From Diplonema japonicum (lineage: Eukaryota > Protista > Euglenozoa: Diplonemea): a DNA stretch of 64,000 bases. The DNA is taken from contig OZ025685.1 in the NCBI GenBank assembly GCA_964019335.1, positions 496,001 through 560,000 on the forward strand, written 5' to 3'. Under the pieces are notes generated by a model. It had not been told where the DNA came from. It saw nothing but the letters and a program-made list of their open reading frames with translations, and searched no databases. A program made the position numbers and the translations under genes. Positions 41,860 to 53,293 of this stretch are shown piece by piece. How positions within the stretch are numbered: position 1 is the first letter of the stretch; each line of letters starts with the position of its first letter.

Positions 41860-44577
41860 ATGTTCATCCAAGTGACGGGGAACCGACAGGTCCTCAACGG
41901 GCAGGACAACATCACGTGGTCAGTGAACCCGAAGACACGGTTCAACGAAAAGGAGTTCGCGACACTAAAGCGCACACTTGGACGGGATTATAAAGCGGAA
42001 AAGGGACTAGAGGGTCTGGCACTATTCATGGTCACACCGAGCGGGGAAAAGGGAAAGAAGATACAGGCGGGAGACACCCCATCCAGCCTCGGGCTCGGCC
42101 CACAGAGCAAGATATGGATAGACTTCGACGACACACCACTGAAGCCGCAACCCCCGACAGAAACCTCTCCGAGAAACATGGAGCCTTTAACACTACCGCA
42201 GCCTCAGGCACAACCGCAGCAGCTGCAGCCACCACAACAACTCCCATTCAAACTTGAACCGCCCACACCTGTGCTGCCTCACCAGCCTATTGCCATGCCT
42301 CCATTCCCGGAACCTGTGAAGCCAGTGGTATTAAAGGTGCCACCCTTGCTACCATTAGGCCCACCCCCCGAGATCCTCATTCCACCGGCAGTGCAGATAG
42401 CAAGCATGCAGCCCCCTGGTGCTATAGGGAACAAACTGCTCAAGAAGCTGATGAAGCTCGCGAAAGACGTCAAAACCCTCAAAGAGCAAGAGCGGGATAA
42501 CGGCCCCGGGCACGATGCCGGGCTCACTTCGCACATAGCTGAACTGCAAGAGGAGATGCAGCGGTTGCGTATTGAGGTCGCGAACAGCCAGCTGGCTGTG
42601 TCTGCCATGGAGCGTGAGAGGTCCAATGCTCGCGAACCCATGAAGCCCCAAAGGCACGATGGCAGCATGCCTCAGACAGCGCCGAGTGATGTCGCGTCCC
42701 AGGTGAGCTACGCAGACCATTGGGATGATCGTCACACAGAAGGGCCCTGCCCTGTGCACGGGGAGGGACAAGAGTCATCTGATGGAGAAGAAGAGAGCGA
42801 AGAAGATGAAAACAGAGAAGTCCGCCGAAAGAAAGACGGGTGGCTGGAGATATGGGATGCAGATGCGGGGATGCTGTACTACGCTAACGAGGAGACACAG
42901 GAGTCTAGATGGGAGGCAAAAGGCACACCCTTTGAAGAACCCGCGCGACGCACACCGTCCCCAGTGCGTCAGTCTCCCATCCAGCAACAACCTTTTCACC
43001 CCATTCCAACCAAAACAGCTGAGCTTATTCCTGTTCCTGCACCTTCTTCAGAAATGGTTGTCCAGGAGCACCCCGAGTTGATAATGAAGCAACCGCAAGT
43101 AGCACCACCCCAATTAGCACCGCCCTTCATGGTTAATAATTTTCAGCCATCTTGCGATGAAACCAGCATGGGTGGATCTCTACTTGCACCTGCTGCAAGT
43201 GTTGCCTCTACTTCTTTGCCACCAGGCACCGTGTCCGTCAGTGATATAGGAGATCTTCTGAACCCATCGCGACACCCGCAGGCACAATCAGTGACCGCTC
43301 CACAGCTAAACCCTACGGTGCGCAGTGTGCACCAGGAGGTTGTGGCAGCTATCATACCCGAGGGTGTAAACGTGGGAACACCAACACCTTCTGCGACACC
43401 TGAGACTACACCTAGAGTGCAGGCTATGCTGAAAATACCATTCACGGCTGAGACGCAAACTACGCCCACTCTGTGCCCTGAAACGAAGCTCATGCAGACA
43501 TCAGCTCGGGGGTCGCGTCGTACATCGGCTGCCACATCACTCAGCGGCAGGGGTACCCCCGCCTCCATGATGCTGGATATACCAGCAAATGACTTTAAAG
43601 CTAGGCAAAAACCCCCAAGCCCCTATGAGCCCAGCCTTCATTCTGTGGAAGGGACAATGTTGCAGCAATTCGAATTCCGTACTCCGCCACATCCTCCGTC
43701 TTTTGAAGCATCGTCTCGCAGGAGTGTTGCTTCCGAAGGTGAATGCGAGATCCTCATACCCACCGGCATGGGGATAGGGGACGCAGAGACCGTGTCAGTT
43801 ATGCAATCAGAGCGCGAATCGACACCTTCACCTCCCCCCCCACCCCGACCCAGGGCCAGCTCTGAGGAGTCCGAGGAGATTCTCGACCTCAGCTCTTTTA
43901 GAAGACTTCCCTCGCCGCCCCCGCTTTCCCCGCCTAGAGGACCCCCAATGAAAATAATAGATACCCTTAAACATAACACCGACAAGCTGCCCAAGGGCAT
44001 GAAGGAAACGCTTGCTTCGCTAAAATTCCACGATGAATGGTTCCATGACTTAGTGTACCAATCGCTCAGGAGCTACTACTACTGTGAGGTGAGGGGCCTA
44101 GAGCAGAGCTATCAGAGGGAGAGGGAGAAGGAAGAGTTGTGGTTAAGTGATTTTGGGGGACTGAACTGCTGTGATCAGGAGTTTGACAAAGCAATTCCTT
44201 GTGAAGATGTGGATGTGGCTGCTCAGCAGCTGTTGAAGGATATGGGGCTTGACCCTGGGCTGCTGGATACTCCTGAACGGGCCAGCGCCGAACCCTCGCA
44301 AGACAGAACTATGTCGCCTGTGAGGACACGGGGCGACCCGAGGCATAGCCAAGCCCTGCCGCCTGTTCTTTCAAAGTTCTCAACGCCGATCAAGGGATCC
44401 CGCAAAACAGCCAGCACCTTTCTACCCGTTCGTTCACCAACTGACACTTCTGTCGCCACTTCGGAGCTAGCTAAGGGTTGGGGCCCAGATGACCAGAGCT
44501 CGGCAGCCAGCTCTGCCAGCCGATCCAAGCCGCTGAGCAGAATGTCCAGCGGCCTACCATCTTTTAAAGATCTGTAA
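41860..44577 (+). CDS. Pro-rich WW-domain protein
   Basis: WW domain GWLEIWDADAGMLYYANEETQESRWE; coiled coil and Pro/Ser-rich regions. Confidence 0.8.
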   Translation: MFIQVTGNRQVLNGQDNITWSVNPKTRFNEKEFATLKRTLGRDYKAEKGLEGLALFMVTPSGEKGKKIQAGDTPSSLGLGPQSKIWIDFDDTPLKPQPPTETSPRNMEPLTLPQPQAQPQQLQPPQQLPFKLEPPTPVLPHQPIAMPPFPEPVKPVVLKVPPLLPLGPPPEILIPPAVQIASMQPPGAIGNKLLKKLMKLAKDVKTLKEQERDNGPGHDAGLTSHIAELQEEMQRLRIEVANSQLAVSAMERERSNAREPMKPQRHDGSMPQTAPSDVASQVSYADHWDDRHTEGPCPVHGEGQESSDGEEESEEDENREVRRKKDGWLEIWDADAGMLYYANEETQESRWEAKGTPFEEPARRTPSPVRQSPIQQQPFHPIPTKTAELIPVPAPSSEMVVQEHPELIMKQPQVAPPQLAPPFMVNNFQPSCDETSMGGSLLAPAASVASTSLPPGTVSVSDIGDLLNPSRHPQAQSVTAPQLNPTVRSVHQEVVAAIIPEGVNVGTPTPSATPETTPRVQAMLKIPFTAETQTTPTLCPETKLMQTSARGSRRTSAATSLSGRGTPASMMLDIPANDFKARQKPPSPYEPSLHSVEGTMLQQFEFRTPPHPPSFEASSRRSVASEGECEILIPTGMGIGDAETVSVMQSERESTPSPPPPPRPRASSEESEEILDLSSFRRLPSPPPLSPPRGPPMKIIDTLKHNTDKLPKGMKETLASLKFHDEWFHDLVYQSLRSYYYCEVRGLEQSYQREREKEELWLSDFGGLNCCDQEFDKAIPCEDVDVAAQQLLKDMGLDPGLLDTPERASAEPSQDRTMSPVRTRGDPRHSQALPPVLSKFSTPIKGSRKTASTFLPVRSPTDTSVATSELAKGWGPDDQSSAASSASRSKPLSRMSSGLPSFKDL

Positions 44578-44669
44578 ATAACTTTCACATGCCATGTATC
44601 TAGTTTGTTGTACTGTAAACTTTGTTGTTACTGTTCACCACGTATATTGCACTCCATCACAGGGATGAG

Positions 44670-47600
44670 ATGATGTCCGACTCAGATGAGCGGAGCCTCA
44701 GGTCGTGCAGGGGGATGAGCAGCGAGCGATCCGTCAGCTACGAGAGCTGCGAGAGCGGTGTGGAGATTCTTGCACGGAAGGTGAACGACTATAGAAGCGC
44801 GCACACGCAGCTTGTGAAGGACCACCACATGATGAAGACTGAGAACGACTCCCTGTGGGAGAGGGTGCACACCTTGCAAGATGAGAATAAAAAACTGGGA
44901 CTGACTCACCTGAATCTGCGCGAGGAATGTGTAGTGATGACTGATGCGTGCGTCGAGCTGTACAATGGCTCCTCGGGGGAGACCAGGAGGATCGTATCGG
45001 TACTGCACGAGCATGTCAAGAAGTACTCAGACATCCTAGCATCTTCCACTGCTGCTCCGTGTATCATTTCACCCACTAGGCACTCCCAGTTGGAAGCAAA
45101 GCTTATAGCATCTAGGTCGCACTGCGAAGATTTAGAGCTCGCTAAGCAGCAGCTAAGCACCACAGTGCACAACTTAACGATGGAGCTGAAAGAGATGGAT
45201 GTGCTGCGGGAGGCAAACAGAAAGCTGACACATGATTATTCTGCTTTGCTGACGGAGAGGAGCAATGCCGTTTCGGAGAGCAGGGACATGATTTCAAGGG
45301 AGGGAGAGCATGAGAAGCGGCTGGCAGATCTCAAGGAACAGGTAGGTGTTTTGAACGAGGGGAACGTGGCGTTGATGAAACAGCTAACAAACTTGGAGAG
45401 GGAGAAGGACGCCGTCATCAATGATCTCACGAGGCAGGTGTCGAGCTTATCTGTTGTTATGGCAGACATGGCCCACGGGACTGCAGAAGCTGACAAGCTG
45501 CGCGAGGAGAACCTCTCACTGAAGCGTCAAGCGAACATGGAACTGTCCGTATCGTCGACACCGTCAGCTAGTGCAAGTGTCATGTCGTTGCAGACAGAGG
45601 TCGCAAGACTAGCATCGGAGTGCTCTAAATACGAAGGTGTTGTCTCCAAGCTCAACATGGAAATCAGGCGGATGGAGTCAGAGAAAGCTCGCTACGGTGT
45701 TCTGCTGGAGCCGCTCGAAAAAGAGCTGACTAGGCAGCAGCAAGCGGCTGGTGAGCTGGCTGGAGAGAACCTAAGGTTTCACGAGGAGTCCGCTCGCCTC
45801 AAACAAGAAAATGCAAAACTCAAAAAGAGAGAGCACGCACTCGCGGAGGAGGTGTGCATGCTGAAGAATACGTGTAATATACAGCAGCTTGAGGCAGCTG
45901 CACTGCAACAGGATACAAGTGCTGAGGCGCAAGAGCTGCATCAACAGCTTGACTCTCTGAGGACTGAGCTCGAACACGTTAAAACATCCTTCGAAAAAGA
46001 GAAGAACAGCAGCACTGTTGCCGAGGATCTTTTGCTGGAACTGCAGGCAACGAGGAACGACGTCTCTGCTGCGGATAGGCTAGCGGAGGAACGGAGGTAC
46101 AGGCTTGGTGCAGAGGAAGAGCTACGTAGGGCGCTGCTTACCATTAGGCAAATGGAGGCACGCCTGCAAGAACCGGCAGACCCTGAAATTCTGCAGACGC
46201 TTGCTGAGCTGAAGGCCCAACACTCGATGCGCACAGCAGAAGTGGAGGCCATGAAACAAGAACTGTGCAAGCAGCTCCAGCTAGAAGATGAACTACAGGA
46301 CCTCAAGCAGCGAACGTCGCATGACACATCGAGCTACACCCTCGAGCTGGAGGTGCTGAAGTCCAAACTTGCAGATGCAAAGAGCACCATATCAAAACTG
46401 GAGGTGACACTGGAACAGGTAACGAAAAGCTACCAAACTGAAAAAGAAGAGAATTTGAAGGTGATCACAACAGGGAAGCTTGAGAGCAGCAAGCTCGCAA
46501 ACGAGTTGTCTGAAACAAAGGCAGAAATATGCAAGCTGGAAGACGAAAGAACAAGGCTGAATAGGTTGGAACGAGAGGCACATACCGAGCTCTGCGAAGC
46601 AAAACAGGAACGCGCAAAGTTCAAAAAGATGGCAAGTGACTTGGAGGAAGAGCTTGCTTCCTTGAAGAAGATGCATGCTGACACACTTCGTGTGGAGAGC
46701 AGCCACCTTGCTGCTGAGCTTCATGTAGCTAAGTCAAAAACCACCGAAGCGCAGGGAACTGTGGTACGTTTGGAAGCTGCCCTGGAACAGGTCACAAGAA
46801 CATCACAAACGGAAAAAGAAAACAGCCTGGCATGCAGGCTTGAAAATACTACATTGCAGAACGAATTAGATGCCCTGAAGAAGGCGAACAGGGACCTGGA
46901 GAGTGACACTGCTAGTCGGAAAGTAGAACTTGCTGAAATGGAGATGAACGTTGTTTCTCTGCAAGCGCAACTTAAGAAAACTGCGAGAGAGCACGAAGAG
47001 TTGCGTAGAGAGATGGAGGCTATCAGAGTGCAGTATGTGAAAAGCAGCTCGCTGGTAGAAGATATGAAACAGACGGAGAAGAGGCTGTTGAGTGAAAGCC
47101 AGATGAGCGACACATCCCTTGACACTTACAAGCGAGAGATAGCAAGGCTGCACATAATGCTGGAGGAGCGAGACATGATGCTGCAGTCACACCAGTCGCG
47201 GTACGAGCAGTTCGAAGACAGCACAGCATGTCTGCAACGTGAGATCGAGCATCTGCAAGGCACCGACGCCTCTAATGCCGTGCTGCAGCAGAAGCTTGAA
47301 ACAGCCTGCAGCCGCCATGCAGAGCTCGATAACACATGTGAGGACCTTGTCACTGAGCTGCAGACGACTCGCAGTGTGCTGCAGAAGACTCAGGCAGATC
47401 GACAAGCTGAGGCAGCAAAGGTATGTACGTAGAACAAATAAAGCAACTCGTGTGCAGGTCGTCGAATTGGAGATGCAATTGAAGAACCTCGAGAACGATA
47501 AAGCAGGCCTTGTGCTGGAGTTAGCCAAGCTTGCTCCCAAGTCCGAGAAGGAAGCCAACATGACAAGTGTCGAGAACATGATAGATGCACTGCGAAGGGA

Positions 47601-48902
47601 GTTGCATGAGGGGAAGCAAGAAGAAGCGGCCCACGCCAAGCAGGAAGCTGCGAGACTTACGCAGGAACTGCAGCATAACAGAGCTTCCCAGGTGAGCAGA
47701 ATAACGGGGCTTCTAGAGAATTTACACCCGGGGGCTCCGTTGCCTCGGTCCCCTAACAGCGGCTTTAAGGAACTTAGCAACAAAACGCAATCTTTGAAGG
47801 AAATGCTGTACAAAGCGGAGATGGAAATTGCGGGGTTGAAAAAAGTGGTTAACATCCACCAAGAGACGGAGGAAAGGTTGCGTGCAGGAGCTGCTGACTG
47901 GACTATCGGGCGCGACAGCAGCGCTTTTAACAGGGACATCATGGCGCTGAAGGAGAGGTCTGACGAGGAGAGCGCTGTATTGCGAAAGGTGATTGACTCC
48001 ATCCTCACTATCGCATTCACCATCGAGGGAGACAAGGGGCACGAGTTGCGAGAAATGGCACTCGTGCTGCCAAAGTGCGTTCAGACATTCGACTACCTCA
48101 GCAGCCAGGTGAAGATAGGCCTCAAAGCGATCGCTGCCTTCGGCACCGCGCGTAGAGAGAACTCAGAGAATGAGGATGTACTCGCAGCATGCCTGAAGCT
48201 GCAGAAACAGCACACAGTAGCGGCACAGCAAGAGCTAGACTCGTGTTTTACAGAATGGGAAGTGGAGCGCACGCTGTACCAGGAAGAGGTTCTTGCACTG
48301 AAGGAACAACGAGCTTCTGTGAGGCACAGAGAGTGCGTGGTAGAGGAGGACAGACAGAGGACTACTGTGCTGTTGGAAGAGGCCTTAGAGTTCAGTGAGA
48401 TCTCGAAAGAGAGCAAAGCGGATATGCTCGAGACGGTGATGGTTATGCAGAGCGAAGTGAACTGTGCCACACGGCAGTGGAATGCCATCAAAGACGAGCT
48501 GTGGGCCTTCGTGACATCTAATGTAGTCACGGAAGAGCAGTCCAGCAGATCAGCGCTGCAGCAGCGGTATGAACACGGTTTGTTGGAACTAACGATTTGG
48601 CTGCTATCCGTGTCCCAGGAGCAAGTGCAGGTGAGCCATCAAAGCCCTCCCGAAATCTCGTTCAACCAACCCAAGCGTTCCCCAGCAGCGTGCTGGACCA
48701 GCATCCGCCCAAGTACCAGCACTGACACTTCTTCTGCTCCGTATGCCATCAGAGTCCCCGATGCCATCCGACTGCCAGACGCTCCACCTGATCAGGTTTG
48801 TTTTGCTCTTACAATAACTTCACACAGTTTGCTCAACTCCACGCAAATCCGCGCACTGCATCTCTCCCCAGCTTCACGAAGCTGCCCTTGATACCGCCCT
48901 AG
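44670..48902 (+). CDS. Very long coiled-coil protein; exons 44670-47420, 47458-48795 and probably 48828-48902
   Basis: ORFs 44622 and 47239 are joined in frame by a 37-nt intron (EAAK|VVELEMQ); a second 32-nt candidate intron gives the end FAQLHANPRTASLPSFTKLPLIPP. Confidence 0.8.
47421..47457 (+). other. Spliceosomal intron, 37 nt
   Basis: GTATGT...GTGCAG, phase 0; removes an in-frame TAG. Confidence 0.85.
48796..48827 (+). other. Candidate intron, 32 nt
   Basis: GTTTGT...CACACAG; AT-rich island within coding-like DNA, with the same acceptor as the other introns. Confidence 0.55.
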
Positions 48903-49032
48903 ACTATAGATTAGATCAATCTAAAGGCTTTTTAAGTCTTCTTATTAGTTATGTTGCTTAGATAGTGGGTTAGAATGTTTATACTTACCTCTTTTACGAA
49001 TTTTTTGTCTAATTGCCTACAGGAGAGAAGCC

Positions 49033-49935
49033 ATGCCTTGGGTGGAGAAGGTTGACAATGCAGGCAAGGCGTTTTACTTCAACACGGATACGAAGGAGGT
49101 CTCTGTAGATCCACCTGAGGGGTATGTGCCTACAGAGTTAGCGCCTGATGTGCTTGTCGAGCAAGCCTTGCAAGGTGATTGGGAAAAGAAGGTATCAGCA
49201 ACAGGAAGGGTATACTACTGGAACAAGAAGAAGAACAAGGCGACATGGGACCTTAGCAAGATGCTGGGTGGACCAGCTGCAGGGAAGACATATGACAAAG
49301 CAGAAGTGGTGCCAGCCATGACGCGGCTTGAAGAACGGAATGAGAAGGACAAACTGCAGCTCACCCAGCTTGAGAGGGAATACCAACACGCAAAGAGCGT
49401 GTCACCTAGCTGGGTCTTGGAGCAGACGCAGGACGAGAGGAAGGAGGAGCTGGACAAGGCCAAGCAAGGCATCACTGACATAAAGACGTCCATAGGTGCC
49501 TTTGGTGCACTCCCTACTTCTGTGAAGCCGTGGAAGCTGTCACCCAGCCCCCCTCAGCAGGCTGCGATGCCCAGACCCTTCCCTCTTGACAACCTTGGGG
49601 GTTTTGGTGGTGCCCTGAGACAAGAGTCACCGCAAAGATTACAGTACCGACGCCTCCTGCACCCTGCAGAGGAGGCATACACCAACCCCAACCCCTCCCC
49701 TTCCCCCGGGCTTGACATTTCACGAGCCTCCACGGCGGTACTTCTAGAAGAGCTCTCCAGAAGAAGGGCCTCCAGCCCAGACGTCGACACGTTGATGAGC
49801 AGCTATGCCGTACCTCAAAGCAGAACCAACGTTTTACACCCTCCGCTCCCCCCCACCCTACCTGACCCGCCCCCTACACAGATGGGATGGTCCACTGTTG
49901 AGCGCGATGCTTGGGAGCAACTAGCCTCTATGTGA
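49033..49935 (+). CDS. Tandem WW-domain protein
   Basis: PWVEKVDNAGKAFYFNTDTKEVSVDPP and DWEKKVSATGRVYYWN..KATWD. Confidence 0.85.
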   Translation: MPWVEKVDNAGKAFYFNTDTKEVSVDPPEGYVPTELAPDVLVEQALQGDWEKKVSATGRVYYWNKKKNKATWDLSKMLGGPAAGKTYDKAEVVPAMTRLEERNEKDKLQLTQLEREYQHAKSVSPSWVLEQTQDERKEELDKAKQGITDIKTSIGAFGALPTSVKPWKLSPSPPQQAAMPRPFPLDNLGGFGGALRQESPQRLQYRRLLHPAEEAYTNPNPSPSPGLDISRASTAVLLEELSRRRASSPDVDTLMSSYAVPQSRTNVLHPPLPPTLPDPPPTQMGWSTVERDAWEQLASM

Positions 49936-50021
49936 ATTGCTACTCTGTTTGTAATGTTTGTACTGAACTGATTTCTTTTTATATATACTTGCTATTATCG
50001 CTTCAGTCGCATACAAGATAG

Positions 50022-51539
50022 ATGAGGTTGCTTTACCTGCCTGTCGACATTTGGCAAGTGTTGCTGTGTTTTCTGGAAGCAAAACATGTGTTAAAACTGG
50101 AGCAAGTGAGCAGGAAGGCCCTTAGTCTTGCTAGAAACATGGACTACTGGCAGAAGCTCAGCGATGCGGTGCTGCGTGAGACTCCTTGGATAGAGAAGGA
50201 CAGGGACAGGTGCATCCTTGCGTTAAAAGTACAGAAGACATTAAGCATGGTGAATAGTGGAACGGCATCAAGCACAGCGTTGCTGCAGTCGAAGATGTTG
50301 ACCGAGATCAAGACCAAGTCAAACCAGAGCCCCATCTGCAAGGCATGCCTGGCTCGCAGTGGTCATGTTGTCTTCTGGACTAAAGGATGTAATGTTCTTC
50401 GCAATCAGCAAACGGTTGGACGCCTGTCACCCACGAACGCTTCCAGGCGCCCGAAGACACCCAACTTCAAGAAGCAGTCTTTCCCTTCTCTCTTGGACCG
50501 CATGTCAAGAAGCGTCAAATCTGATTCATCCGAAACAAGCTGTAAAGCACCAATTTATGGTCCGACCCTTACTTACTTCCACAAGCCGTCAGGCGTACTG
50601 GCCATTGCGTGCGCCGACAAGTCGATATCCCTCCTCGACACAAACAACATCACTGGCGAGCACATGACTGCCGACAAAGAGCTTCGCAGCAAGCCTGGCT
50701 GCGGACACACCTCGCAGATATCGTCTATAACCATGGACACCACCTCAGTGTACACAGGCAGCTTCGACTCTAGCATCAGAGTGTGGGGAAGAGGCAGCGG
50801 CAAGCAGCTCGCCAACCTATCCGGCCACTCAAATTTGGTGACACATTTGCTGGTCGATCCTTTGGACAGCAGAAACGGCTTGCTCGCCAGCAGCTCGCAA
50901 AATGGGGGTACTGGTCTGCCCACCATATTGGTGCACGATGTGGCTGCAAAGAGTTTAGTTAGCAAGATGGTTTTGCCCGCAGGGCTAATGGGAGTTAACT
51001 CACTTGTGCGTGTTGATTCCCACACCGCCAACCACTGCTTCGCTGCGGGGATGAAGAACGAAACGGTAATTTTTGACTCCCGAACAGGGAAGAGTGTGCT
51101 GCAAGTACCTATGGTGAACGGGATGATAAGCTCCATCATTTCGTCGAACGGCTACATCTACGCAGCGGGCGGCGAGTCATCACCTAGCATAGCGAGCCTG
51201 GAGCTGCGCAGCGGGAAGAGGATGTGGATTGTGGAAGATGCACACGAGAGGGTCATCAGCTCGTTAGACATACACCGTGGTTGGGACGGAATGAAAAGTA
51301 CAAAGCACTTGTTTAGTGCATCGAGAGACGGCACGCTACGTGCGTGGGATATCAGCTCCGAGTCCACTACAAGAAGGTGCACACCTCTCACCACCTTTTT
51401 CGCCAACACAAAGAAGGGAGGCATCCACTCCTGCAGGTGGGACGGCTTCCATGTCATTACCGTCCGCAACCACAGTATTGAGGTCCTGGACTTCACGCTG
51501 CGTTCCATGCGGCACAACCGAAAGGTAAGCCTTGTGTAG
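50022..51539 (+). CDS. F-box/WD40-repeat protein
   Basis: F-box LLYLPVDIWQVLLCFLEAKHVLKLEQVSR; WD repeats GHTSQISS..TGSFDSSIRVW and SASRDGTLRAWD. Confidence 0.85.
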   Translation: MRLLYLPVDIWQVLLCFLEAKHVLKLEQVSRKALSLARNMDYWQKLSDAVLRETPWIEKDRDRCILALKVQKTLSMVNSGTASSTALLQSKMLTEIKTKSNQSPICKACLARSGHVVFWTKGCNVLRNQQTVGRLSPTNASRRPKTPNFKKQSFPSLLDRMSRSVKSDSSETSCKAPIYGPTLTYFHKPSGVLAIACADKSISLLDTNNITGEHMTADKELRSKPGCGHTSQISSITMDTTSVYTGSFDSSIRVWGRGSGKQLANLSGHSNLVTHLLVDPLDSRNGLLASSSQNGGTGLPTILVHDVAAKSLVSKMVLPAGLMGVNSLVRVDSHTANHCFAAGMKNETVIFDSRTGKSVLQVPMVNGMISSIISSNGYIYAAGGESSPSIASLELRSGKRMWIVEDAHERVISSLDIHRGWDGMKSTKHLFSASRDGTLRAWDISSESTTRRCTPLTTFFANTKKGGIHSCRWDGFHVITVRNHSIEVLDFTLRSMRHNRKVSLV

Positions 51540-51783
51540 GCCGCACAGAATCCCTAGCCCTGACAGCGCTCTTTGCAGCGTGTCCTTTTTTCCTCCCCTC
51601 TAATAACACGTTTCGATTTAATTTAGGGCGCATTCGTGTAACTAAGCCCACGCAGTAGCCCGAAGTAGACAAGTTGGTGGAAACACAATACGATTTCTTT
51701 GAGGGCTGTACTTCTTGGCTTGTTACATTTTTTTTGAAGATATAACTTCCCGCTTGCTTAACATTGACACCACAGGTGGGGAT

Positions 51784-53208
51784 ATGACGCTCATCGCTCC
51801 GGACGCTAGGGCGAGTGCTACAATCTACACAAGCGGTCGTGAAGTGCTTGATGATAGTCTCATTAAGTGGAACGTGGCCTCCTCGTCACAAGATGCTGCG
51901 GAGAATGCCCAAAGGCTTGCGAACTTAAGGATGCGCCTTCTGGACCAGGGGCATCACTTACCGTTGTCTCTCATTCAGCAAGAGATCCATGACTTTAATG
52001 AGGACGAGACGCTGTCACACGACAGCCCACCGTCCGGAGAAACGGACGTAGGACACACCATACCGCCTATACGGGTGAGCTTCAAAGAAGTCAGCGTGGG
52101 TGGGGGCACACTTACCTCTGAGAGGTGGTACCCATGTGTCCCTGAAGTAGAGTACTCTAAGCAAGCTGTTGTCATCGACTACACTTCGAAAGGAAAATCA
52201 AAGGACTTGTCGCTTCTTGCTCAAGAATACGAAGCCATCGAGGCCGTGGAAAGCCCGTTAGGCTTTGGTGCTCTCGGTACACCACAACCGTACGTGAGGC
52301 GGTCCCTCACTAGTTTCGACCCTCGGGGGCGAAGGTCCACCAGGACAGGCGTCAATATGCCGACTATGAAAGACACATTGCTGAAGAATGCACCATGGGT
52401 ACCGAAGGAACCGCCTTATGTTCCACCACCACCGCCACCAGAGCCGAGCACTAGCATAGATATGCCGCGGCAGGGGATAGACGGGACGCGGGTAGAGGGC
52501 ATTATCAGTGAGCTGCAACAAAACTCTCGCCTTACGTCTGTTGACCTGTCGTACAACCCAGGGATCGGGGATGCGGGTGTTGTGGCGATCGCTGGAAGCC
52601 TCATGGCGCACAAGGGAATCAGGAGAGTGAAGATGATCGGGTGCTGCATTGGCGACCCTGGTGCGTCGGAGCTTGCAAACTGGTTCCACGAAACACAAGC
52701 GGTAGAGCTAGACCTGAGATGGAACGGGATCTGCAAGGCCGGTTCATACTTGATGAAGAAGAAGCTAGATTACACCTCCACACTCAGCAATCTTAAACTT
52801 TCTGACACAAAAATACAGTTCTTTGTGCAGCGCAAAGACGACGAGAAGCTGGGGTTGCGCGTGAACCAAGCAGCCATGATCGAACAGGTCTTCCCACACA
52901 CACCAGCTGCCAATGCTGAGCGGTACGTGGAGGAGGAGGAAGAAGAGGAAGAGGAAGAGGTAGAGGAGCAAGAAGCTCGCGAAACAGCACTGATACCTGG
53001 CATGGTCATCTGCGCTGTCAACAACAAGCGTACAGTTACCGATCGGGATGTCCTGACAGCGGTGGATAAGGCAGATGATGAGATCATCATAACAGTGAGG
53101 TCGAACAGAGTGCCTAGGAAGATCTTGCGGAGAATAGGAAAGAAGTTGGAAAACAATGAGGTAGATGAAGAAGAGGAGGAAGAGGAAGAGGAGCAGCCTG
53201 AGCAGTAG
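51784..53208 (+). CDS. RNI-like leucine-rich repeat protein with C-terminal PDZ-like domain
   Basis: LTSVDLSYNPGIGDAGVVAIA, GCCIGDPGASELA, LDLRWNGI; PDZ-like EKLGLRV...TPAA...PGMVICAVN, interrupted by a poly-E tract. Confidence 0.8.
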   Translation: MTLIAPDARASATIYTSGREVLDDSLIKWNVASSSQDAAENAQRLANLRMRLLDQGHHLPLSLIQQEIHDFNEDETLSHDSPPSGETDVGHTIPPIRVSFKEVSVGGGTLTSERWYPCVPEVEYSKQAVVIDYTSKGKSKDLSLLAQEYEAIEAVESPLGFGALGTPQPYVRRSLTSFDPRGRRSTRTGVNMPTMKDTLLKNAPWVPKEPPYVPPPPPPEPSTSIDMPRQGIDGTRVEGIISELQQNSRLTSVDLSYNPGIGDAGVVAIAGSLMAHKGIRRVKMIGCCIGDPGASELANWFHETQAVELDLRWNGICKAGSYLMKKKLDYTSTLSNLKLSDTKIQFFVQRKDDEKLGLRVNQAAMIEQVFPHTPAANAERYVEEEEEEEEEEVEEQEARETALIPGMVICAVNNKRTVTDRDVLTAVDKADDEIIITVRSNRVPRKILRRIGKKLENNEVDEEEEEEEEEQPEQ

Positions 53209-53293
53209 ATTGTTATTAGTATTTTTATCTTAGAAATGTTATTGTTATTGTTATAATTATGGTGCTGATTTTGTAACTTTCATGCAGTGACAT

